A stretch of 64,000 bases of DNA from Camelus dromedarius. Its lineage: Eukaryota. The stretch spans positions 5,208,001 to 5,272,000 of the forward strand of contig NC_087437.1 in assembly GCF_036321535.1 (NCBI RefSeq). The letters are read 5' to 3'. The translations under genes were made by a program, and so were the position numbers. Shown one piece after another: positions 35,501 to 47,500 of the stretch; within the stretch, counting starts at the first letter, position 1; each line of letters starts with the position of its first letter. The notes under the pieces were generated by a model, which saw nothing but the letters and a program-made list of their open reading frames with translations, was not told the DNA's origin and did no database searches.

Positions 35501-38500
35501 GCCATGGGCACAGAGAGCAGCAAGGAGAAAGGGAAGATTCTGCTGGACAAAGACCTATCAGTAGAGCCAAGGGTTAAAGGCAGAATTTCTAAAATACCTC
35601 TTAAGTTTGTTCTAGCACAAGAATGGATGGGCTGAGTTACAAAGACCGTTTATAGCCCCTGTTGGCATCTGAGATCAGTGCCCCGCGGTGTGCAGGGCTC
35701 AGCCCGCGAGGCCTTGCATAGCAGCATATGCATGATAAATGAATAAAAGTATAGAGTATAATGTAATAATAAGTACTGACCCATCAATTTAATTAATGCG
35801 ATAAGATACATTACCAGCAGCATCATACATGCTTTGCATCTAATATCTTATCTAACCTCCCGCCAGCTCGGGTCTAGGTGGTGGTCTCCTGTCTCCCAGC
35901 TGCGGAGGCTGGGGCCCCAGAGGTGAGACATGGTGGAGCCAGGAGTCAGTGCCGGGCGGTCCAGCCGTGGGGCCCGTGCTGTTCACAGCCACGCTGTGCC
36001 ACTTCCTTTTTACACCTGAATTGTTCAGGATGAGCAGGTGGTGTTAGGTATCACATCTGATGAATCAGGAGGTCTGGAGAGGAAGACTGGACGGGGAGGG
36101 CAGGCCTGGTGGGACTGATGGAGCTGTGCGGCAGGCGGGGCGGGTGGGCCTGGGATCAGAGGCAGAGTCGCCCACTTGAGCTCAGAGGAGAGAGAGGACT
36201 GGCAGAAATACAGAGAAAGAGACATAAGGGACCTTACAGGAGCACGAGAAAGGTAGAAGGTTTCAGGAGGGGTTTTGGTGGTGAGGGAGACCCGTGGATT
36301 TTTAAGAATTGTCTCCACTGGTAGCTTGACCAGACTGAGTCCTGTTGGAGAAAGGGGGCCAGGTGAGCTCGCATGAGGGTGGGAGGTCCCCTGACCTGGG
36401 CCAATTTGCACGGCACCCCCGTGGGGCCCGAGGGTAACGGCACCAGGGAGAAGGGCTGTTGGGTCACCTGCTGCTGCTTCGATTTGCCGCCGGAAGTGGT
36501 GCTGACCAGCAGTGGGGGGCGAGGAAAGAGCCAGATTGTCTTTTTTCCCCTGTTGTGAAGAAGTCCCAGGTTTGGGAGGGAGAGAAACTCAAAGGCAGAA
36601 GAAACAAAGACTGTAGGAGGCAGAGGCACTTTGAGTTTGAGGGGTGCTGAGGCCTGGGTGGCACTGAGCTGAAGAGTGCCTGACTCAGACCTTTTTAGGC
36701 TTTTCTAGAAACCAAGTAAGCTACGTCGCTGAAAGTTGTGCTTCTCTAATAAGTGTCGCACAGGGCTGCATTTGTTATTGTTTAAAGGTTGTGACTGTTT
36801 ATATCTTGTAAAGTATAATAAAAAATGAATTAGAAAAACTAAATTATGAAAACAGACACAATTGAGTACAAACCCACTTTGTTTTCTATTATTAGATTCA
36901 AAAGACACACAATTTACTTTGTGAAACTGCTTTTTAAAAAATAAAAAGGGTTTCTAAGTGCTCGCGTTTAATTTCTGAAGTCAGCTGGTCACGGACTTCT
37001 TGCAGACCCGGAACAAACACAGGCTCAGGGCTGACGGTGGGTCTCAGGCGCGTGCGTCGCACTGATGGAGCAGTCAGACTCCAGGCAGGGCGTCCCAGGG
37101 CGCGGGGTCCCCGGGCTCTTCCCAGGGCGCCCAGCCGACGCATGGCCCCTGCTGGACCCTCAACGTGTAAGCGCTTGTTAAACGGTCCTTTTCAGAGATG
37201 AGTGTTGTAGGCAGAAGAAAATTCAATTAGGATGACAGCAAGCGTTCCAAAAATAACTACAGTTTGTTCACCTGGTGGGAGGCAGCATTCCAAAGCAAAG
37301 TGGGCTATACCTTGTTTTGCAGTTTTCAAAAATCACATCTTTGTAGATTAAAAAAACCAACAAACTTAGCTTCCAGAAAGCCCCAGGTTGTTCCCGAGCT
37401 GTGTACGCCTCACATCAGCTGCTGTCTTTTGGCTGCAGGTGGTGTCGGCCGCGAAGGTGTGTGACACTGCAGATGAGTCCCCGTCGGTGAAGAGGCTCCG
37501 CCTTCTTGTGGCGGATAAAGGCTTCTCCTTCAAAGCTGGCCAGTGGTAAGTGGCCTCTCTGTGGCCCAGGGGTGGTGTCTGTGCACGGTGCCGTCTTTCC
37601 TTCTGGAGAGAACTTCGGTGGCCCCTGCTTCTCCTGAGGAGTAGGGATGCTAGGAGTTCTAGGCTGCGTCCATCCAGGCTGAGCCTGTTTCGGCATGGAG
37701 CATTGGGCTCCTTTCCAGCCTCAGAGCTCATTTTGAGTTTAAGCCCGTCACCCTCTGTTCCAGATGAAAACTGCTGCCTGGAGTTTTCCGGCTGGAAACA
37801 GCAGTAAGTTCTGGTTGGAGGACCCACGAGCTCTGGTAATCACGGTCTGGGGGATGGTTGCTAATAGAATGCACCGCAGTCACCTACCTGCTTCCGTTAC
37901 GTGTGGCTGGTGGCAGCCACATGAGGGTCATGAGTTGTTACATTTGGACCAGAAAGAGGACTATGGACCAGGAGACAGCATCTCAGACAGCTCCTAGGAG
38001 CTGCTCTGAAGAGGCAGGGGTGCGGGGAGGTCAGTATCGCGTATGATTTCAGTGAGTGGGGGTGGTACGTGCAGTCAGGCACACATTTTGGCAGAGGCTT
38101 GCTGTTAGGCACAAGGAGCAGATGTCACTGCTAATAATATTAGTGCTTTTCAAAATAAGAGGAGATGAAAGAATTTGGGCTCGTAAAGTCATCTCCTGAG
38201 AATATCTAACTCTCTGACGGCCTGTTCGGCCAGTTTCCCAGAGCCCAGAGCGGCTCATTCCTGATTCCTGAAGGTCAGCGCTGCAGCGGTAGACGGCCAG
38301 GGCCAGTGTGACTCAGTCTTTGTGGAGGCAGATGGCCTGGGCCAGTTTTCATTTGGCACTGGAGATTGTTACATTTTTAAAAATTAGTCGTCCTTTTGTC
38401 GAATACAGAGTGAACTGGTTGTCTGAAAGTGGTGGTTCTAATCAGTTATACCACAGAGCTGCCCACCCTTGGACTGAATTCCTGCTTCACTCATGCCTTG

Positions 38501-41500
38501 TGTGGGTTGAGTTCAGACATTTTGCTGGATTTATTATCAGGATCCCCCGTCAGGCCCAGCCCACATCATGCCTCTGAGGACTGGTCAGTTTGCAGACAGG
38601 CTAGCGGCCCAGCAGCCCCCACATTCCTGCGAACGGCCTCACTGAGCTGCAATTCAAGTTGGGTTGTAAATAAAGCAACTTGTGTTTCCTTAGGAAAGGT
38701 GTGTTTGGGTGTCTGTTTCCTTTATTTAAATCAAGCACTCACGTCTAAGTGAGTTTCTGGCATGTCAGTCTTGGTAGCATTTCTTAGGAGTCAGTTGGCT
38801 AATTTTGGCAGTCCATCTGGAAATGTGGTTTTGTTCGGGGAGGATGTGTGATAATAGCACGAGTGATAATAGCAAGACGTAGCAGTCTTGTGTTGATGGT
38901 TTGCCTTTGAATGTACAGCTAGAAACAAGATGCTGATTGCAATAATTTGCGTCTGTGAAGCAATTTACTGCAATCTTTGCACGTTCCGTGATACATATTA
39001 AGTGCGTTTGGGCTGTTGCGGGGGGGTGGGCAACATCTTTACCCTTCAGAACTAGTTATTACATTGAAAGGTGCAAACTTTAATTGGAATGCTGTCTTTC
39101 CATATTTCCCCCGTGTGGAAGTGTCTGTGTCCTGTGCGTGGCACTGTCCCCGGGCCTTCCGCTCGGAATTGTGCCAAGACTCTGACCCGGCCTCCTGGTT
39201 AGAAACAGCCTGGGGTGTGTTTATCCTGCCGCTCCATGCTGTGCGTGCGAGTGTGTTAGCACTTGCAAACCATAGTTAATCTGATAAGAAACATGTCATC
39301 ACACCCTAGTGATAGACAAAGAACTAGGGTCCCATGGTGGTCCTTAAGATAACATCACTCAGGGTGGGTGTTACGCACGTGGCGTCAGTGGATGGGTTTG
39401 GGAACGTCACTGACCCAGGGACTGGTTTCAGTGCACGCCCGATGGAGGGCGGACGTCGGGGGTGGTCAGCGCTGGCCCTTTCCCTGCCGGGTGTTGTCAG
39501 CACTCACTCCTGGCACCCGGACCCTCGCCTTTAGAAGGTTCCTTCCCTTCCCCTGACTTACAGCTCTGGAAGCTATGGGTTCTTCCGGATGTGTGACTTC
39601 ACGGTTACACAATGGCCCTGAGGTTGGCGGCTTGGCTCCTTCCGCGCCGTTGCTGGGATGGCCCATGCACTGGGCTCCTAGATCGTCAGTTCAGCAGTGA
39701 CCTCCAGGTGGCATCTGGGGGAGGGGCTGGGGAGAGGGAGCGTGGACGTGGGTGCCGTGCAGTCATGTGCTCGGTGTCAGGGTGGGGTGCTGCTGGATGT
39801 TGGGGCTATGGACCTGCCCCTCAGTGAGTGAGGGAACCTCCGGAGCTCTGGCCCGACCCCCAGTGGACACCTTCACCGTGGACCAGAGGTCAGCCCCCGG
39901 GGCTCTTCCCACTGTGTTGTGTTCTTACTGGGCCCTCCAGAGGGAACTGGTCCCTGTGCTGGGAAGGCAGTTCTGAGGACTCCAGCAGTCCAGTCCAGAG
40001 AGAAAGGCCCAAAGAGAGAACTCCCTCGGAACCACTTCTCACAATAATAGAGTGAAACCTGGGCTCCTCTAACCCACAGGCACCGCCTAGCGCCCGGCTC
40101 CTTGTGAGTCCCGCTCTTGACCTGTGCAGGATTTCTCCTCCCCAAAGGTAGGAATCCCGGGGCTCCCTCCAGGGCCTGGAGCATGCCACCAGGAGTCCTC
40201 ACACAGCACTGGGCCACAGAGTCCTGGGTTCAGCACTCTTGGGGCAGGTCCGTCCCCGGGGGAGCTGTATCACAGCATCACACGCCCCGTGCTCTGGAGC
40301 CTGCCCGCCCATGTGCTCGCCTTCCCACCCACTGGCTCTGACGTGGGCAGCTTCCTTCTTTCCCTGGGCCGCAGGTCCCCTGTCCTTAAAGAGGGAATCG
40401 TGGTGTTTCTGTGTCTTGGGATTTGTCAGGCATTTAGCACAAAGCCTCATGTTTGCTTTATTGGTTTGTTTTGGTTTTTGTGATAGCCAGTGTTTCAGTC
40501 GGTCAGTTAGATCATCTGTGCTGGTGAGGCCCACGGGGCAGATGTCATTCTTAGTTCCTGGGCCATTCCCTGAAGTGAAGCTGCTGCTGGAAGAGCAGCA
40601 GGCCTGCTAGGAGTGGGCGCAGGCACGTCTCCACTGCGATGACGCCTCTTGTGCGGTCAGTACTCAACGCCAGCCTTGGGCTGCGCACAGGGCACCCACC
40701 GCCCCGGGGAGCAAGGCCAAAAAAAAGCCTTTTTGAAGAGAGACAGTGTGTCTCTGACTCTGTACAAGACAACACAAGATTTTATGCTGGAAAGTGACTG
40801 AGCTCGACTAGAGGAGGGAGAAAGGTGATTCGATTAGAGGAGCAAGATGGGAGATATAAGACCCTTCCCCTCCCCTCTAGCAGTGTAGACAGTATACAGT
40901 GAACATGCCATGTTCTGTAGCCTGACTCACACACCCACACAGAGGGGGTGCTGGGCTCCTTGACTGCATCCTTGTTCAGGCTGTGTCCTCTGTTGCTTGT
41001 CTGATGAGTGCTGTGTCTTTTTAGACCCCTCTGTGAAGTCTGTCTTAATTCCTCCCCCCCCAAGAGAATGGACTAGTTCTTCCTCTCCTCCCTCCCTGCA
41101 TCCCACCCCCCAAGCAGCTTTTCTTTCTTTTTTTTTTTTTTATAAAGCAGTGGCTTTATTAGTATTTTCCTGATAAAATCAAGATCACGTATGTTGGAGC
41201 CAAGAAGAAGTCTGTACGAAGTACAGGTACCTCCAGACAGCTCCCCAGTGATGAGCATTCTCTCTCTTAAGCAGATTTTTTCATAGCCCCTTTAGTCATG
41301 TTTGTTAATTTTCCTCCCATTAGGAGGGAACGGGAACCAACACATACCTGCAGCTTTACCTTCCAACACCAGCCCCGGTGCCTGTACATGGTGGGCAGAT
41401 GTTGCCTGGCGTGTTCGCCAAGTACGGTTGCTGACAGCTAACAAGTCTTGGGATTTCCTGATGAACGTTGTCCCTCAGCCGTGGTTTGTGTGCTGCTCCG

Positions 41501-44500
41501 TGCTGGGCCCTGGGGCTGCCTTCCGCGCAGGACCCGGCTGCCTGGTGTGTCACGCTGGATGTGGACCTGTGTGTGTGCGGGCCTCGCTGCAGAATCAGGC
41601 CCCCTCTCTGTTCTTCATACACTCCCTCACCTGGGCGGGTAGTAGGGGCCTCAGTTCTTGGCTCCAAAAGTGCTGATCCTGCAAAGGCCATTTTTAAAGA
41701 AGTGTGTGTGTGTGTCTGTTTGAAACTTAATTCTTCCTTGGAAAGGTATCTTATTAAATATGTGTTACGCATATTAAGTCCATTCAGGTGAGATTTTTCT
41801 GTAGCATTTAACGAAGGAGTCCTTTTTCTTAAAAGTAGGTTTCCAAAGTTGCTCGGGAAGAGGGATTCCCTTTCACTCACCTGACAGAAAGGCCTTTGTC
41901 AGCATCAAGCAGCAGAGGGTGCTGTAGTTCAAGACATAAAGCAGCAGAAGTAGCTCGTGGGTTTCTTTACTTTTAACACAGAAGCTGTGGGGATGCCATG
42001 TACCTCTTCTCTGAAAGCACGGAGCAGCTGTGCCAGTACATGTTAAATGTAGTCTTTTAAATTGTATCTGGTCTGAAATGAAAGGGAAATTAAGATATTC
42101 ATGGGAAAGAATCGAGGGAACAGAGGTGGAAGTAGCCGTGGGCCCTTTCCTGGAGGACTTCCAGTCCAGAACTGGGTTTTTTAAGACTATAAAAAATGAC
42201 CAGATGTCTGAAGGCTGTAGATCAAGTCAGTAGAGAACGTCAAGTGCTTTTCGAGTACGCTTGCTGGAGGGAAGGCTACCTGGGAGGATGATGCTTTTTG
42301 TTCTTTGACGGCTGAGAAACAGCTAGATCGGATGTTTGAGTTTCCTAGACGTGGAGATGAGAATTTTTTGTGGTGGGATTTCTTTGGTTTGTGACTAGAT
42401 TTGTTACATTTCCTAGAATTCCCCACCAAAAAAAACAACACTTATGTGGCATAGAATTATTGAAGGCTTGAAACTCACAAGAGTTCTGGACCACAGGAGA
42501 GTGGTTACAAGAGAAGGAGACGTAAGACTTTAGAAATTTAGGAGGCCACACCAGCGTGTTAGTTTGTCAAATGTCAGTGAGTTTTTGTTGACTTTTTTTT
42601 TTTTTTAATACTTTTTAAAAAACTTTTATTGAGATAACTTTACATATCACAAAATTCACATTTAAAGTGCACAATTCAGTGACTTTTAGTATATTCACAG
42701 AACTGTGGGGTGATCATCCCAATCAAATTTTGGAACAACATCATTATCGCCCCAGAAATGTATGAACCTTGTACCAATTATCATTTGGTCTCCGTCCTCA
42801 CCCGCTTAGGCAACCACCGTTCTGCTGTCTGTCCTGATGGATTTGCCTGTTGTGGACATTTCATACTGATGGAATTATACAACATGTGGTCTTTTTTTAT
42901 GACTGGCTTCTTTCACCTAACATAATTTCACTGTTCATCTATGTGTGGTGTGTATCAGTACTTCGTTCCACCTTGTACCACGTTTTGTTTATGCATTCAC
43001 CAGCTGATGAACCTTTAGGTTGTTTTGAAACCTTCAGGCTGTTACCAGTAATGCTGTTAGAACATTCATGTGCATGTCTGTGAGTGGACATATATTTTCT
43101 TTACTCTTCAGTATACACCTAGGACTGGAATCGTTGGTCATATGGTAAGTGTGTTTAACATTTTCAGGCACTGGAAAATTGTTTTCTAAAGTGGCCATGC
43201 CATTTTACATTCCCACCAGCAATCTGTAAGGGTTCTCATTTCTCCAGATCCTCACACTGTTTATTGTCTTTTTGATTATTGTCTTTTTGATCCATCCTAG
43301 TGAGTGTCAAGTGATAGCTCCTTGTGATTCTGATTTGCATTTCCCTCGTAACTAATGATGTTGGGCATCTCTTATGTACTTATGTATCTTTTTTGGATGA
43401 TGTTTATACAAATCCTTTGCCCATTTTTTATTTGAGTTGTCTTTTTATTACTGACTTGAAAGAGTTCTTTAAACAGCCTGTGTACAAGTCCCTTATCAGA
43501 TACATGAATATACTTTTTCCCATTCTGTGGGTTGTCCTGTAACTTTCTGGATGGTATCATTTGTAGCACAGTTTTAATTTTATGCAGTCTAGTTTTTCCA
43601 TTTTTCCTTTAATCTTTGTGTTTTGGTGTCATTTCTAAGTAACTTGCCATGAAGAGTTACCTCTGTGTAAGTCTTCTAAGAGTTTATAAGTTTTAGCTTT
43701 TACATTTAAGTCTGTGGCCTATTTTGAGTTAATTTTTGTATGTGGTGTGAGGTTGGGATCCAGCTTTATTCTTTTTGTGTGGATATTCAGTTGTCCTAGT
43801 ACCCCTTGTTGAGAAGACTGTTCTTTTGCCATTGAATTGTGTTGGTATCCTGTTGAAAACCAGTGGCCATAAATTTAAGAGTTTATTTCTGGGTTCTGAA
43901 TTCTTTGTCATTGATATATACCCCTGTCCTTATACCAGTACCACACTCCCTTCATTACTGTAGATTTATGGTAAGTTTGAAATCAGAAGGTGTGAATCCT
44001 CCATATTTATTCTTCTTTATTAAGTTTGCTTTGATGATTCTGGGTGCCTTGATTTCATATCAGTTTTATGATCAACTTGTCAATTTCTGGAAAGAAACCA
44101 GCTGGGGTTTGATAGGTATGGCATTGAATCTGTAGACCAATTTGGGAACTACTGCCATTTTAATAATACTAAGTCTTCCAGTCTGTGAACATTGGAAGCT
44201 TCTCTGTTTCTTTAGATCTTCTTTGATTTTATTTTTTTATTGAAGTATTGTTGATTTACAATGTTGTATTAGTTTCAGGTGTACAGCAGAGTGATACACA
44301 TATTCTTTTTCAGGTTCTTTTCCATTGTAGGTAATTACAAGATATTGAAAATAGTTCCCTGCGCTGTAGAGTAGGTCCCTGTTGTTTATCTATTTTATAT
44401 CGTTTGTATCTGCAAATCCCAAACTCCCAATTTATCCCTCCCCCCATTCCCTCCTGGTAACCATAAGTTTCTTTTCTATGTGAGTTTCTCTCTGTTTTGT

Positions 44501-47500
44501 AACAAAGTTCATTTGTGTCCTTTTTTAGATTCCACATATAAGTGATATCATACTGTATTCTTTCTCTGTTTGGCTTCATTTAGCACGACAGTCTCTAAGT
44601 CCAACCACGTTGCTGCAAGCAGCACTATTTCATTCCTTTTATGGCTGAGTCGTATCCCATTGTATAAATATACCACAACTTCTTTAGCCAGTCATCTGCT
44701 GGTGGACATTTAGGTTGCTTCCATGTCTTGGCTATTGTAAATATTGCTGCTGTGAACATTGGGGTGCAGGTGTCTTTTCAAATTAGAGTTTTCTCTGCGT
44801 ATGTACCCAGGAGTGGGATTGCTGATCATACAGGAAGTCTGTTTTTAGTTTTTTTATGGAAGCTTCATACTGTTCTTCATAGTGGCTGCACCAGTTTACA
44901 TTCCCACCAAGTGTAGGAGGGTTCATTTTTCTCCACACCCTCTTCAGTATTTGTTTGTAGACTTTTTAATGATGGCCATTCTGTCTGGTGTGAGGTGATA
45001 CCTCATTGTAGTTTTGATCTGCATTTCTCATATAATTAGTGATATTGATTATCTTTTCATGTGCCTGTTAGTCATCTGTATATCTTCTTCAGAGAAATGT
45101 CTATTTAGGTCTTCTGTCCATGTTTTGATTGGGTTGTTTGTTTCTTTGATATTAAGGTATATGAGCTGTTTGTGTGTTTTGGAAATCAGTCCCTTGTCGG
45201 TCTTACTGTTTGCAAATATTTTCTCCTATTCCGTAGGTTACCTTTTCATTTTGTTTATGCTTTCCTTTGCTGCACAAAAGCTTTTAAATGTAATTAGGGC
45301 CCACTTGCTTATTTTTGCTTTTATCTCCATTACTGTAGGAGATGGAGCCAAGAAAAATATTGCTGGGATTTAGGTCAAAGGGTGTTCTGCCTATGTTTTC
45401 CTCTAGGAGTTTTAGAGTATCCAGGCTTGTATTTAGGTCTTTAATCCATTTTGAGTTTATTTTTGTATATGGTGTTACAGATTGTTCTAATTTCATTCTT
45501 TTACAAGTAACTGCCCAGTTTTCCCAGCACCACTTACTGAAGAGACTGTCTTTTTGCCATTGTATAGTCTTACTTCCTTTGTCGTAGATTAATTGGCCCT
45601 AAGTGCATGGATTTATTTCTGGGCTTTCTATCCTGTTCCATTGATCTGTATGTCTGTTTTTGTGCCTGTACCATATTGTTTTGGTTACTGTAGCTTTGTA
45701 GTATAGTCTGAAGTCAGGGAGTGTGATTTCTCCAGCTGCATTCTTTCTCAAGACTGATTTGGCTATTCAGGGTCTTTTGTTTTCATACAAATTTAAAAAA
45801 ATTTTTTTTCCAGTTTTGTGAAAAATGCCACTGGTAATTTGATAGGGGTTGTATTGACTCTGTATATTGCCTTGGGTAGTATGGCCATTTTAACAATATT
45901 GATTCTTCCAATCTAAGAATATGATATATCTTTTCATCTGTTAATGTCTTCAGTTTCTCTCATCAGTGTCTTGTAGTTTACGGAGGCACATCTTTTCCCT
46001 CCCTATGTAGGTTTATTCCTAGGTATTTTATTCTTTCTGATGCAGTGGTAAATGGGATTGTTTCCTGAATTTCTTTTCCTGCTGTTTCATTGTTAGTGTA
46101 CAGAAATGCAGCTGATTTCTGTATATTACTAATTTTGTATCCTGCATCTTTACCAAATTCATCGATGAGCTCTAGTAGTTTTCTGGTAGTGTCTTTAGGG
46201 TTTTCTATGTATAGTGTCATGGTATCTGCATATGGCGACAGTTTTACTCCTTCCTTTGCAATTTGGATTCCTTTTGTTTTTCTTCTGACCGCTGTGGCTG
46301 GGTCTTCCCAGACTGTGTTGAATATGTGGTGAGAATGGGCAGCCTTGTCTTCTTCCTGGTCTTACAGGAAATGCTTTCAGCTTTTCACCACTGAGTATGA
46401 TGTTAGCTGTGGGTTTGTCACATATGGCCTTTATTATGTTGAGGTATGTTCTGCCTCAATTTATTCTGCTGTTAATTTCTTCTAGTGTTTTCTTCATTTA
46501 GTTACTGTATTCGACTCTGGTTGGTGGTTCTTTATATCTTCTGAGTCTGTGTTGAAGACTGCTAGCTTCTCACTCTGTCTCAGGTAGATTGCCCATTTCC
46601 ACATCATTTAGTTCCTCTTCTGGAATTTTATCTTGGGCCTTTGTCTGGAACATATTCCTCTGCTGCCTCATTCTGTCTAGATTTGTAGGCTAGTTAAGTT
46701 TCTCGACCTTGGAGAAGGTACACTTCCCTCCCGTCGCCCAGGGGCCAGCTGGTCCCAGGGTTGTGTCTGTCCTGCATTTGTGGACTCTTCCGCAGGCTAC
46801 AGGAGTGCAGTTTTCTTGCTTTGGTGTCTGCCGCCTGGTAGGTGAGGCTGGACTAGCGGCTGGTGCAGGCTTCCTGGTGGGAGGGGCTGGTCCCTGTCCA
46901 CTAGTGGGTGGAGCTGGGTCCTGCCCCTCTGTCTAGGGGCGTGTCTAAAGGCAGCTGTGGGCTCAAGAAGTTTTTAGGCAGCCTGTCTGCTGATGGGTGG
47001 GGCTGTGTCCACATCCAGTTAGTTGTTTGGCCCAGCACTGGAGCCTCCAGGCTGTTGGTGCCAATGACCCAAGCAAGAAGTCAGCCTCCAGGAAGGAGAG
47101 TTCCTGCAGATGAATACTCCCCAATACATGTGTGTACCACCGTGTCTGTGTCCTCAGGGTGAGCTGCAGCCACCCCGGCCTCCCCAGGAGACCCTCCAAG
47201 ACCAGCAGGTGGATCTGACCTAGGCTCCTATGAAGTCACTGCTCTTGTCCCTTGGTCCCCGTGAGTGTGAGATTTTGTGTGCATCCTTTAAGAGTGACGT
47301 CTCTGTTTCCCCTAGTCCTGTAGAACACCTGCACTTAAGCCCCGCTGGCCTTCAAAGGCAAACACTCGGCGGGGCTCCTCTTAACAGGTGCTGGACACCC
47401 AGGTGGGGAGCCTGACGTGGGGCTCAGAACTCTCATCCTGTGGGGTAATCTCTGCAGTGTATTCTCTAGTTTGTGGGCCGCCCACCTAGGGGGTGGGATT

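Noticed and set aside
34494..41880. Many overlapping 60-175 aa ORFs in the GC-rich intron
   Set aside because: No recognisable domains, mostly non-ATG starts; expected by chance in GC-rich DNA
46440..46460. L1 internal deletion as a spliced retrocopy
   Set aside because: By comparison with the L1 ORF1 copy at about 26580, no GT donor follows the ORF1 side; microhomology fits better
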